A DNA stretch of 63,589 bases, counting the filler, from Reclinomonas americana ATCC 50394 (Eukaryota): the NCBI GenBank assembly GCA_048213135.1. It is 57 parts of 57 records of this genome, joined end to end, with 100 filler letters (N's around TTAATTAATTAA, not from the genome) between each part and the next. Parts side by side here need not be neighbours in the genome. Positions count along the whole stretch, not along the records: positions 1 to 1,025 come from AFZH01026801.1; positions 1,126 to 2,149 come from AFZH01026802.1; positions 2,250 to 3,273 come from AFZH01026803.1; positions 3,374 to 4,397 come from AFZH01026804.1; positions 4,498 to 5,521 come from AFZH01026805.1; positions 5,622 to 6,644 come from AFZH01026806.1; positions 6,745 to 7,767 come from AFZH01026807.1; positions 7,868 to 8,890 come from AFZH01026808.1; 49 more parts are not named here. One strand, given 5' to 3'. The translations under genes and the position numbers were made by a program. Below are positions 1-12,359 of this stretch, piece after piece; within the stretch, counting starts at the first letter, position 1, and each line of letters opens with the position of its first letter. The notes below the pieces were generated by a model. That model was not told where the DNA came from and searched no databases. It worked only from the letters and a program-made list of their open reading frames with translations.

Positions 1-16
1 ACGTACGTCGTCTTCT

Positions 17-122
<106 letters not shown>

Positions 123-507
123 GTTGCTTCATATTCGACTCGCCAGGCACCCATAGCTTCCTGCTCTTCTCTTTTCTCCCTCTCTCCACGTGTGCGTGAC
201 TGCGCACAATTACTGACTGCCAGCGACACAGCGCGAAGAGGAGACAGAGCTCATGGCTGGTGATGCCGACAGCAGGTGCGTTCCACCTACTGTACCACAC
301 TTCGCTGGCAAGACACTCACCCCTGTCGCGTACATGCAGCTCCAAACCGGCGTACTTGCGATATCGATTCGACACGACCCATCCACTGGCGTCACCGCAG
401 ACGCACTTCACCAAAGTATCGGTCATTGACGATGATGATGACTGAGTACCGTTGCATGTCACGAGAGTATACCGAGAAATGATTGTTGTTGCTGTGACAC
501 ACATACG

Positions 508-538
<31 letters not shown>

Positions 539-1025
539 CATGCCTCGCTCTGCTTCTTGCGCCACCAGTTCAAGAACGCCTGGTTCGCTTCTACAGGGTT
601 GATCTGCGTTGGGGGGAAAAAAGGAAGGGTGGTGGTTGGCACATACACATACACAGGGGTAGCGAGAAGATGTGAAAGCACCTGTGCTGAGCCGAAGAAC
701 AGCTTGGGAATCTGTGTGTGCGGGACAAGGAACTTGAGAAGAAGGGGGGGAAGGAGGGGAAGAAGAGAAGAAGAACGCAATGGCACCGACCTCCTCGCCC
801 ACAAAGTAGCCGGCTGCGAAGCCACCAGCCGCACCGAGAGCGGCACCCACCGGGCTGTGGAGGCGAGCACAGTGAGTGGCAAGCATGAGGAGGGAGGGTG
901 AGGGGGAGAAGAGGATGAGGAGAGAGAGTGCGAGAAAGAGAAGAGACGAAGAATAACACGAGCGATGAGATTGACGAGAGTAGTCGCAGAAGCAGAGGAG
1001 GACAGTGAAGTGTCTGCAGGAAGAC

Positions 1026-1125
1026 NNNNNNNNNNNNNNNNNNNNNNNNNNNNNNNNNNNNNNNNNNNNTTAATTAATTAANNNNNNNNNNNNNNNNNNN
1101 NNNNNNNNNNNNNNNNNNNNNNNNN
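1026..1125. other. Artificial contig spacer (N-run + TTAATTAATTAA + N-run); first of 56 such spacers
   Basis: The same ~100 bp spacer recurs about every 1.1 kb (linker at 1070, 2194, 3318 ... 62526). TTAATTAATTAA puts stops in all six frames and explains the ORFs ending in XXXXLIN. Confidence 0.99.
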
Positions 1126-2249
1126 GAAGAAGAAGAAGAAGAAGAAGAAGAAGAAGAAGAAGAAGAAGAAGGAGAAGAAGGAGAAGGAGAAGAACGAGAA
1201 GAAGAAGACTAGAAGAAGAAGAAGAGGAAGAAGAAGAAGAAGGAGAAGGAGCAGAAGAAGAAGAAGAAGAAGAAGAGAGAAAGAAGAAGAAGAAGACGAA
1301 GGAGAAGACGAAGAACAAGAAGAAGAAGAAGAAGAAGAAGAACAAGAACAAGAACAAGAAGAAGAACAAGAACAAGAAGGAGAAGAAAAGAAGAAGAAGA
1401 ACAACAAGAAGAACAAGAAGAAGGCAGAAGCAAGATAAGAACAAGGCATGCACGAACGCGTTCCCCTCACGATCCCTTCTCCCTCTTTCCTCACGTTTCC
1501 ATTACTATCAAAATCGCCGAGCTTGACAAAATTCATAATGGCCGACGTCGACGCACACAGACACTGCGGCAACGAGTGCATATCAAACGCCGTGCGTCGC
1601 CACGTGCCGAGAATGAACCGCGCCTGTTCCGTGTGCAGAAACTTGACCAACTAATCACTCCTTCAAAATGAGACAGAGACTGAGAGAGGCACAAGAGTTA
1701 GAGAGGTAGGCGTAACTGCAGCACGCTGTTGCTCAATGTCAGAGTCTCCTGTGTGAGTGACTGTGAGTGGTGTTCGAAATGCATGCAACACAAGCTCTCT
1801 CTCTCATACACACACACACTCTCTCACTCTCTCACTCACTCACTCACTCTCTCCTCTTTCACACACCTTGCTCACTCATCGCACAAGCTTCGTTAAGACG
1901 ACTCAAACGAATTTTCGCGCGTTTTCGCAACAAACACCCTTCTGACGAGCAAAGAGTGACGAGATGTACGGGGTGCGTTCTGTGTGCAGCAGTGAGTGTG
2001 TTATGTGAGGGAGTGTGTATGTGTGTGTCTCACTCTGTGTGTCTGTGTGCAGATTGGCAGTGACAAGTTTACGCTGAAGCCGGCGGGAAAGCCCATGGCC
2101 GTTGTCAAGGATGGTGAGTGAGATAGGGAGAGAGAGAGAGAGAGAGAGTNNNNNNNNNNNNNNNNNNNNNNNNNNNNNNNNNNNNNNNNNNNNTTAATTA
2201 ATTAANNNNNNNNNNNNNNNNNNNNNNNNNNNNNNNNNNNNNNNNNNNN

Positions 2250-2598
2250 ATCGAACTGCGGCACCCGCACACCTGCGCTGCCGCCGCCACCGAGCCCGCC
2301 GAACTCGTGCAACACCAGTGAGTCACGGGCGTGATGTGTCCTCTTTTTTTCATGTGTGTGGCGACTCACTGTGGGAGCCGCAGACGCCGACTGCAACTCG
2401 CCGTTCCTCCCGAGCTTCCCGAACCTCTACAACGGCTTCTGCGACCAGACGACCAAGACATGCAGCTGCTACGCTGGCATTGGCGGTCCGCGCTGCTCAT
2501 GCCGCCCCGTCGAGTCCTGCAGCGGCCGCGGCACCTGCAACGCCGACGGCTCATGCCGATGCCAGTCAGGCGCCAGCGGCAGCAAGTGCCAGTTCTAA
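2250..2598 (+). CDS. C-terminal fragment of an EGF-like repeat protein (spliced)
   Basis: CDQTTKTCSCYAGIGGPRC and CSGRGTCNADGSCRCQSGASGSKCQF* have tenascin-type EGF Cys spacing; GTGAGT donor near 2318. Confidence 0.75.
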
Positions 2599-2771
2599 AC
2601 CAACCACCTCCTCCACCACCACCTCCACTCTTTGACACAAACACTCTCTGATGCAGCCTGGCGACGGAAAACAAAGCAACGAATGGTGCTGACTTGTCTC
2701 CACCACGACAATGAAATGACCGCGAAGGCGCCATTATAATTTTCCGACCAATTCAAATCTGTGTGCAGGCG

Positions 2772-3273
2772 ATGGGCAGTGGCGCCTCGTCGTCGGCCCC
2801 GCCGCAGACTGCCGATGAGCTGCTGCAGTCGCCACCTCCACAGCTTCTCGACTCTCTCTCGTCCACCTTGGCACGCGCTGCCTCCTCCGCCTCTCCTGCC
2901 TCCACTGTGAGCAGTCACGAGTCGCCGCTAAGTCGCCGATTGCAGGCAGTCGCCCTCTCCGCGCTCTCCTCCTCTGCCTCCTCCTCCATCACTCCCGCTT
3001 CCTCGTCTGCATCGCCCGCGCTCTCTGTGCACGCCAGGTGGCGTCAGTTCTACGCACTCGCCGATGAGGCCACACAAGTCTATTCCAAGTCACTGATGCC
3101 GGTCAGAGAGAGAGACAGCGATGCCATGTCCACACTCACACACGCACACTCACTCACCTTTTCCCACTGCAGGCCGGTGGTGTGTGGATCAATGAGGTAA
3201 TGGCCTTGTGTGCTGCGCTGCGTGCTGCACTGCTCAGCAACGCATCGGAGATGGCATTGGATGATCAGGTTTG
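2772..3273 (+). CDS. 5' fragment of an unknown protein with an N-myristoylation-type start (MGSGASS)
   Basis: ATG at 2772 gives MGSGASSSAPPQ..., matching MGxxxS; a Ser/Ala-rich region follows, then introns. Confidence 0.5.
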
Positions 3274-3373
3274 NNNNNNNNNNNNNNNNNNNNNNNNNNN
3301 NNNNNNNNNNNNNNNNNTTAATTAATTAANNNNNNNNNNNNNNNNNNNNNNNNNNNNNNNNNNNNNNNNNNNN

Positions 3374-4397
3374 CTTTCATCGAAAGAGAGTTTCCTTCTT
3401 TCTTTTCTTTCGTCAAGAGAGAGACTGAATTATTCCTTTCTTTCATTAAGAGAGAGTGAGTTTCTTTTATTCTCTTTCTCTGAATGAGAGAAAAGAAAGA
3501 AAGAAACTCTCTCTTGAAGGGAAAGGGAGGGAGCGAAGCGACGTCCCTTTCTTTTCTTTTCTTTTCTTTCAGAGAGTTCCTTTCATTTCTTTCTTTAAAT
3601 TTTGAGAGTGAGTTTCTTTCTTTTTTCATGTAGAGAGAGACTGAATTATTCTGAGTTTCTTTCTTTCTTTCTTTGAGAGAGAGTGAGTTTCTTTCTTTCA
3701 TGCAGAGAGAGTTTCTTTCGTTTCTTTCTTTCATTAAGAGAGAGACTGAATTCTTTCTTTCTTTCTTTCTTTGAGAGAGAGAAAAGAAAAAAGGGACTCA
3801 CTCTTGATGAAAGAATGAAGGGAAGAAAGAAACTCTCTCTTGAAGGGAAAGGGAGGGAGCGAAGCGACCTCCCTTTCTTTTCTTTCTTTTCTTTCATTTA
3901 AAGAGAGTTTCATTCTTTCTCTCATTCTTTCGTCAAGAGAGAGAGTTTCTTTCTTTCATTCAAAGAGAGTTTCATTTTTTCCTTCTTTCTTTGAGAGAGA
4001 GAGAGTCTCATTCTTTCTTGCATTCATTCATCAAGAGAAAGAGTTTCTTTCTATCTTTTCTTTCTTTCATTGAAAGAGAGTCTGAATTATTCCTCTCTCT
4101 TTCATCAAGAGTGAGTTTCTTTATTCTTTTTCTCTGAATGAGAGAAATGAAAGGAAGAAAGGGACTCTCACTCTTGATGAAAGAATGAAGGGAAGAAAGA
4201 AACTCTCTCTTGAAGGGAAAAGGAGGGAGCGAAGCGACCTCCCTTTCTTTTCTTTCACTGAGAGGGAGAGAGTTTCTTTCTTTCTCTCATTCTTTCATCA
4301 AGAGAGAGATTATTTCCTTTCTATTCTTTCGTCAAGAGAGAGAGTTTCATTCTTTCTTTCTTTCTTTGAGAGAGAGAGTCTCATTCTTTCTTTCTTT
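3374..4397. repeat. AT-rich purine/pyrimidine satellite-like repeat with three hairpin-containing units
   Basis: Unit gaaagaaactctctcttgaagggaaagggagggagcgaagcgacctccctttc recurs at ~3500, ~3826 and ~4196. Confidence 0.8.
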
Positions 4398-4497
4398 NNN
4401 NNNNNNNNNNNNNNNNNNNNNNNNNNNNNNNNNNNNNNNNNTTAATTAATTAANNNNNNNNNNNNNNNNNNNNNNNNNNNNNNNNNNNNNNNNNNNN

Positions 4498-5521
4498 AAT
4501 CCTGTCGACGACGCTGCGCGGTGATTTTGTGGCCAGTGAGCACAGCGTCGCACAACAATGAGACTCGCTCAAATTGAAAAAAGCTACGCACCGATGATGA
4601 CTTTTGCTCCGCGTACTTGCTGGCCTTTTGCGCCTTGCCGGCGGATTTCGGTCGACGCGCCGGTTCCTCGAGTGTTGTCATGTTGGCAAACATGTCGCCG
4701 CCACCGGCCGACGACTTGCGTGCACCGTTGCCACCCATGGCCCCCGATGCTGCCAGCTTGAACAAATCGCCAGAATTCGTTCCCTACCGCCCGCAACACG
4801 GGTGAGCACTATGGTAAAGTGATTTGGCAGACCGAGGAAAAAAAGGCGAACGAAACCTGTCGACTGCCATTCGGTCGCCGGTCGTCTTCGTCGCTCTCCT
4901 CCTCTTCTGACTCATCCTCCTCTTCCTCCTCGTCGTCGTCGTCATCATCGTCATCGTCGTCGTCGTCCTCGCTCTCGTCACGGGGAGCAGGGGCGCGGCG
5001 CTTCTCCGTCTTGGGCATCCACGGTTCGACAGCAGCCAGTACCTTGCGTGCCCTCTCTGCCAACGTTTGCTGTGTCGCCGCGCTCACCGGTGAGTCCACT
5101 TGCTAATCAACAACAACGCGATCCACACGCTGTGGCTCACCTGGCCGGCCGCAGCGCACTCCTCGGCGTGACCGCGCAGCTCATCGTGGATGAGCTTGCC
5201 GTATGCTTCGCTGTGCTCTCGTGCAACGATTTCGGCGCCGGCAAACGCACGCTGTTGAACAATCGCCCAGTGAGCAACAATAGAACAGAAGCCACGACTG
5301 GGGAGGGTTCGCTCACCGTCTTCTCCTGCCACGGGGCCGTGATGATCTTGTTCTTGAGTGCGGCCACGATACGCGCGGCATTCATGTTGCCTGCTTTCCT
5401 TGCAAACACCTGCAGCACCTCGTGTGTCGGCACAACGCGCACGCCCGTCGGCGTGGTCAATTCGGTCACCGCCCGCGCCTCGGGTGATCTGCCGCACGCC
5501 AAATGAGCGATGAAACAAACG
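4498..5521 (-). CDS. Tepsin/MTV1-like AP-4 accessory protein (C-terminal VHS-like domain), spliced fragment
   Basis: ELTTPTGVRVVPTHEVLQVFARKAGNMNAARIVAALKNKIITAPWQEK and QQTLAERARKVLAAV resemble the tepsin/MTV1 second domain (GGVRxxPTxxxxxxF...WQ...LRExAxKVL); an acidic low-complexity tail follows. Confidence 0.7.
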
Positions 5522-5621
5522 NNNNNNNNNNNNNNNNNNNNNNNNNNNNNNNNNNNNNNNNNNNNTTAATTAATTAANNNNNNNNNNNNNNNNNNNNNNN
5601 NNNNNNNNNNNNNNNNNNNNN

Positions 5622-6330
5622 GACCTTCTGTGGTGCGCCGCCGGAACTGCAGATATGGCCTCGCTGAGTGAGCAAAAACACACAAGGAGAAGACAAAAAG
5701 TCGCACGCAACATTCTTGATGATCTGCGGTACACGGCTGCCAAGGTAGAACGCAGCCGATACCCAGCCAATGACGTAGCCGGCAGTGTTGCGCCACTCCT
5801 GCCCCGGTGGTGTGTCACCGCACTTGATATCCATGTCCATGGAGAGCAGAACGCGACCGCCCACACTTGACGACGATGATGATGATGACGATGACAGTGA
5901 TGATGAAGAGGTGACCCACATGGAAGCGCCACCGACGACCGCCAACAGCATCACGGCGAGGAGTGCGCCCGAGGTCCCACGTCGCGCACCACCATGATGA
6001 TGCGGCAGCAGCGGCTGTTTATCACTATCGGCGACCGGCCGCGCACCATCCCCTCGCTCCGAATCCAACGTCGCGTCCCCGTTAATGTTAATGGCCTCGG
6101 CGGCGGCGGCCAGCTTATCCTTTTTGCGATTCTTGACCTTGTAGTAGATGAATTGCGAGCCGAGCACCACATCCATGCACACAAAGTAGATGGCAGTGGC
6201 GATTTGTGTCGACAGCTGCTGTGTGAGAACTGAGCCGAGCAGGTTGAAGCCGTCACCGAGAAGCCACTCCAGCAGGAAGATCCATGAGAGTGCGTCGGCG
6301 CGCCCGAGTCGGAAGTTCTTCCACACTTGA
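5622..6330 (-). CDS. PQ-loop lysosomal/vacuolar cationic amino-acid transporter (PQLC2/YPQ-like), fragment
   Basis: QVWKNFRLGRADALSWIFLLEWLLGDGFNLLG, then second PQ loop GWVSAAFYLGSRVPQIIKN and next exon QFRRRTTEG. Confidence 0.9.
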
Positions 6331-6578
6331 CTAATAGGGGAAGGGTGAGAGATGAGTGAGATATCGAGATGCAAGACGTCTCTCTCTTGCACGCACTCAT
6401 GCACACACTCCTCTCTCTGCAGAGTATCTCTCTCTATCTCTCTCTGTCTCTCTCTCTCTCACTCATCTCTCTCTTCCTCTTTGTGTCTCTCTCCCTCTCT
6501 CACACGCACACACTCTTGCTCTTCTCTGCTCTCACTCTTGCTCTCTCTCTCTCTCACACACACACTCTGCTCTTCTCT

Positions 6579-6644
<66 letters not shown>

Positions 6645-6744
6645 NNNNNNNNNNNNNNNNNNNNNNNNNNNNNNNNNNNNNNNNNNNNTTAATTAATTAA
6701 NNNNNNNNNNNNNNNNNNNNNNNNNNNNNNNNNNNNNNNNNNNN

Positions 6745-7741
6745 GGCTCTCCGTCGCTCGGTACCACGGCTTCAGGCACGTGCCTTGTAGCCCCCGCCGG
6801 CGTGTACCACTTGTGTGGACGGTCTGTCAATGTCGCCGGCATGAGCTGTCTCTGAACGAGTGCCTGTTTTCACTCACCCCTCCTCGGCCATGTTTTAAAC
6901 TACTCACAGATTCCATTCCACCTCCGCCACTTCGCCGTTGCTCCTCCTCTCCAACAGGTCGATTATATTGATTGATCCGCCTTCATCGTCAGCAACAACA
7001 GTGTCGTTTGTTAACCCGCATGTGCTTGCATTTGGGCTTGCCAACCTTGTCCACGTTGGCTCGGTCACCAACGGCTTCAACTCGTGCACGACATTCAAGT
7101 TGGTGGCCATCGGGCAGCAATGCAGCGACACGCCGATTTATGACTCGGTGCTCACTGGCGTCGGCGCTTCGTTGAGCATACTCGGTCCTTCGCTGTGCAA
7201 GCCGATCTCCGGCGGTGGCTGCTCCCTCTTCAGCCTGTCGGTGACTCCCAATTCACCAACGGGCGGTGCCGCCGCCAACCTGTGTGTGGCCATCAACAAC
7301 GGACCGTACACATCGACTGGCCAGTTGCTGGTGTCGGGCTACTCGGTGTTGGTCGGACAAGTACCGGTGACTGTCAGCAGCCAGGCTTCGGCTGCACTTC
7401 AGCTGTCCTCGATGGGCACCACCCAGTCGACTGTCACCACCGATGGTACGGATTCGCAGCAGCGATCCGCGTTCAGCACCATGGCGACGCCGAATGCCAG
7501 CGTGGTGTCGACTCGCGCGACCACCAGTTTCACCTTTGCGCGTGCGTTCTATGCCAGACCGCAAGTACTTGTCGGTCTCACTGGATACACGAGTGTCGAT
7601 GCAAGTGACGTTGTGGGCGACACCAGTGTGTTTTGTGGCGAGCCGGCGGTGACGAGCAAGAAGGTGCTGGTCTCGTGTGTGGTGATGTCCAGTGTCGACG
7701 CTGCCGACGTGCCGCAGATCGAATTGAGTGCGTCGTCGTGA
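6745..7741 (+). CDS. Large surface/secreted protein fragment with Cys-paired beta-sandwich modules and an H-type-lectin-like segment
   Basis: Ser/Thr/Val-rich beta-strand pattern with a C...NLCV module; TTSFTFARAFYARPQVLVGLTG resembles the H-type lectin motif FxxxFxxxPxVxVxL. Confidence 0.5.
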
Positions 7742-9949
7742 TTGGTGTATGCATGTGTGCGTGTGCANNNNNNNNNNNNNNNNNNNNNNNNNNNNNNNNN
7801 NNNNNNNNNNNTTAATTAATTAANNNNNNNNNNNNNNNNNNNNNNNNNNNNNNNNNNNNNNNNNNNNGTCGCTTTTCATCGCATGTGTGTTCTGAAACTC
7901 TTAGACGCAGAAGATGCACTCTAGCTACGTCTGATGAATACATCGGCAGCGTGTGCACATTTGCGCTGTGCTGTACAACGCATCATGATCCATTCTTGCA
8001 ATACATGCATGCAATGCATTCACGCAGCCAATAATGGGCATGGACAACAACCATGCAACAAATGCTCACAGACATGCAAGACCACCGGTGAATGCCCACT
8101 CCCCACACACCAGAGAGCAACAGGAGGCGGTGTGGAAAGGAAAAAAGATGTGTGTTCGAATCGCAGAGTGTGTTCGATTTTGACAGCAATGCATCTCGAT
8201 CTCTCTGTGAACCCAAACGCACATGCATCTACTCTCTCTTTACCACATCCTCCCCCACACACGCACACACACACACACCTCACCTGTTTGCGAATGCTCC
8301 GATGGGTGAACCAAAAATCGGTAATGGCCAATCATGGACAGTGCTCGCTGCGTGCGCGGCCAACGGCCCAGCCCTCTCATTCGACCTGGGACGTGTGTGC
8401 GACGAAGCAACACAGCACCGCATCGCTCGCTTGACCTCCATCTGTGCAGTGCATTAATCATCTCATCCATCGCCGAAACAAGCGTCAGTTGCGTGAGCAC
8501 GAGAGAGACAGAGAGGTGCCATGGCCCGCTCACTTGCTCAGTTTCTCCTCTCTCTCGCACGCACACACAGGCGGTCCTCTTTTTTCTTTTCTGTTTATAC
8601 CTCGGCTTGTGACGCCTGTGAGAGATCGCCTTGATCGGCACAATCCATGGCCTTGCGCGGCAGTCCAGCAGGCAGCAGCTACGGTGGTGGTGGTGGCGAG
8701 GGCGTCGGCTTGCCATCACCTGCACCACAGTATGAACGAGGTCTGCCTCTCCCCTCTCTCTCACACTCTTCTTCCTCTTCTCACTCTCGCTCACTCTCTT
8801 TCATCAGCTCCCCACGAACCACCGAGTGGTGCCGATGTGCAGCCACAGAACGTGTTTGCCGACACCCTGCTCAACATGAACCTCTCGGCANNNNNNNNNN
8901 NNNNNNNNNNNNNNNNNNNNNNNNNNNNNNNNNNTTAATTAATTAANNNNNNNNNNNNNNNNNNNNNNNNNNNNNNNNNNNNNNNNNNNNAGAGAGTGAA
9001 AGAGAGAGAGAGAGAGACGATGAGAGAGAGAAAGGCCAATGCAGGGAGAAAGAAGAAGTGAAAGGGATGCTTTTCAAGTATTCCAAAAAGAACAGTGTGC
9101 CTGTGTGCCTGTGAGTGAGTTAGAGAGAGGCAGGGAGATCTCTCTCTCTCTCTCTCTCTTTCTCTTTTGCTCCTTCACTCTCAACTTCTCACTCATCTCC
9201 AGGACGCTCTTTCTCGGAAAAATATCACTGATCCTTTCTCTCCCTCTGCCTCTCTCTCTCAAGTGTTGGTTTGGTTCGCAAAGTGCGCCCTTCATTTTTC
9301 ATCGCCATTAAAGCGCTTCAAACACAAAAGAGAGGTGGTTTGTCGTCGATAGAAGCAGAGAAGAAAGGAGACAAAAGGAGGAGAACCAAACAGACATCTC
9401 GTGGGGTTGTGGTCAGACAGAGCAACGGACGCAGGTGATGGTGTGTCACCAGGCCTCGAGTTGCTCGTCGTCATGCGACGATGTGTCGATTGGAGGAGAG
9501 GAGAAAGAGAAGAGTGAAAGGTGAGGGTTGACGACCAGTTCGAAGCATGGCGGAGGAAAAGGAAGGGTTTTTTTGGGGGGGTGTGACTGAGGGGATTGTT
9601 GCATCACAAGTTCCTCAGGCACCCGGGAGCGACGGAGATGGTGGTCGGCGAGGGCACCGTGGTGTTTAGCGCACCAGCTTGCACCCGAAGACCATCTCCA
9701 CTCCCATGGCGGCCTGAGTTTGAATCAGGATCTCCTGCGCGAGTAGGGGGAAAGAGGGTGGTGAGTGGGAGGGGAGATAAAGGGTAAGGGGGAAGGGGGA
9801 GGGGAAGGGGAGAGGAAAGGAGAGGGGAGAGGGTAAGGGGAAGGGAGAGAGAAAATGAGAGACAGAAGAGACAGAAGAGAGGGAAGAGAACAGAGAGCAA
9901 AGAGACAAAAAAGAGTGATGAGAGATAAGAGACAGAGACCGACAGAGAG

Positions 9950-10013
<64 letters not shown>

Positions 10014-11340
10014 NNNNNNNNNNNNNNNNNNNNNNNNNNNNNNNNNNNNNNNNNNNNTTAATTAATTAANNNNNNNNNNNNNNNNNNNNNNNNNNNNNNN
10101 NNNNNNNNNNNNNCGTGTGTGTGTGTGAGTTGAAGACACACACACACATACACATACACACACAGAGCACGTGAGCGTGCATGTGCAACTGTGATGGGCG
10201 TCACAATGAGAGCGTTGCGTTGCTGCAAAAAACGGTCTCGCGCCGCGCCCACTTGACCACTCAATGGCAACGATGCCTGCGTGCACACACACACACACGT
10301 TAGTGTCTCTCTCCAGAAGCACACACACACACACACAGAGGAGGCGCACCTGCAACGCTTGCAGTGACGATGGAACGCCGTCTGCGACACGCAAGAAAAA
10401 AATCGTCAGTTGCACACTCCTCTCAAGCGTTGCACTCATTCGCTTACCAGAAGCAGCGGCAGAGGAGTTGCGGGAGGTACAGCAACCGCCGCCAGCAAGT
10501 GCCAGTGTTCTTCTCATCTGCACGCGCGTGTGCACTCTCAAAAACAAACACAGCGATTTTAGACGGCGCTGCGGGCCAAAATTGCTTGAAGCAGAGACCG
10601 CCGCCACTCTGCGGTTCATTGTCATCGCGCATTGCGCTTGTTGGTGGTGGCGGTCTTTTTCGTTGCTGCAGCATTGGTGCGCGGTTCAGTGGTGGTGGTG
10701 GTGGAGGTGGCGGCAGCCGCAGCTGTCGCACGCATTGCAGTGCGAGAGGCGTACGAATGCCAGCGATCGTCGGCCGGTTCCGGCATTGCTTCGGTCCGGT
10801 CGAAGAGTGGACCGTCTCTGCTGCGCGTTCGTGGTGTGCGGTTGATCGGAGTGACGGGCGAGCTGAAGAGGCGGGAGCCAGTCATGTCGGCGTCGTCGTC
10901 ACCACCGCGGAGTCGGGTCGTTCGTTGCACGGCCTGCATGGCGATTTGGGGGGGTGTGTGAACGACGGGCTCGATATCTACGCAGAGCATGGTTACCAAC
11001 GCACTTGCGGAGTTGCAAATACACCAGCCGCTGTGACTGTGGTTGCAGCGGGCGGTTGTTGAGCAGCAGCAGCAGCAGCGGCAGCGGCGGCGGCGGCGCT
11101 GGTAGTCAGCGACATGGTGGCCGCCGAGAGTGGGCTNNNNNNNNNNNNNNNNNNNNNNNNNNNNNNNNNNNNNNNNNNNNTTAATTAATTAANNNNNNNN
11201 NNNNNNNNNNNNNNNNNNNNNNNNNNNNNNNNNNNNCTCTCTCTCTCTCTCTTCCTTCCTTCCTCTCTCTCTCTCTCTCCCTCCCTCTCCCTCTCCCTCT
11301 CCCTCTCCCTCTCTCTCTCTTTCTCTTTCCATAAACACAC

Positions 11341-12040
11341 CTGCCGACGCACTGGATCCACACCACCACCTCGACGGCACCGACGGCACTCGCAACAACA
11401 ACGTCGGCGACAGATGCTCCAACGTGGCCAGCGGGCACACGGTTGATTCGCTCTCCACACCCTCGGTGGCCGCCGCACAGCGCACAAACTCAAACAGACA
11501 CAGCATCAAGTGGTCCAACTTCTCGGCCATGAGATGAATGTCGTCGAGGGTGATGGCCAGCGGTCCGGCCGTTCGGTGGTCGTCGCCCAGGAGCACCGCC
11601 GAGGCCGCGCTGGCGACATATGGCGAGCCATCCACGCCGATGCCGGCGTCGAGAGGGATCATTTGTTCCAGGAGAAGGCGAACCACGTCGGGCTGCACGC
11701 GGGAGAGAGGTGGGTGGGAGAAGGGAAGGGGAAGGGGGGACAGGGGGGAAGGGGAAGGGGGGACAGGGGGAAGGGGAAGGGGGGACAGGGGGAAGGGGGG
11801 AAGGCGTGAAAAGGGGAGGGGGAAGTTGATAGAGAGAGCGGGAGAAGGAAGAGGACGTGGAGCGAGAAAGCAAGCATAGGTGTGCGCGTGTGTGTATGTG
11901 TGCGCGTGCGTTTGAAACACACCATGAGCGGTGGGCACAGCCACGCCAAGCGGAGTGCGTGACCGGCATAGGCCGTCAGCGTCAGCAGGTCGTGTCGGAT
12001 GTGTGGCATACTGCGGAGGGGGAGAACGGTGAGCACAGAT
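11341..12040 (-). CDS. RRN3: RNA polymerase I transcription initiation factor RRN3/TIF-IA, spliced fragment
   Basis: MPHIRHDLLTLTAYAGHALRLAWLCPPL, VVRLLLEQMIPLDAGI and MAEKLDHLMLCLFEFV correspond to conserved RRN3 segments (NLLxxxxYxPxL, LxxLDV, AEKLDxLM). Confidence 0.72.
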
Positions 12041-12170
12041 GCAAGCAAATGAAGAAAACGAAGACAGCGTGCAAAATCATGCGCGAATACACACAACGAG
12101 CAACAGCGTCAGACACTTCGCCGGCACGCAAAGGAGGAAATCTCTCAGAAGAAGGCCGGCACACAACATC

Positions 12171-12259
<89 letters not shown>

Positions 12260-12359
12260 NNNNNNNNNNNNNNNNNNNNNNNNNNNNNNNNNNNNNNNNN
12301 NNNTTAATTAATTAANNNNNNNNNNNNNNNNNNNNNNNNNNNNNNNNNNNNNNNNNNNN

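Noticed and set aside
1..12. ACGTACGTCGTC at the window start matches the contig end at 61362-61373
   Set aside because: Only 12 bp, next to microsatellites, and resembles low-quality read-end noise; not enough to infer adjacency or a terminal repeat.
392..886. FUN14-like reading of GAAGGFAAGYFVG
   Set aside because: The similarity is short, competing frames are equally plausible, and I could not build a consistent spliced product.
1070..1650. Long poly-Leu/Phe/Ser, poly-ER or poly-CV ORFs (also 3318-4449, 16786-17504, 32684-33586, 49195-50096, 54760-55374)
   Set aside because: These are translations of GAA, GA/CT and CA/GT microsatellites that lack stops, not credible proteins.
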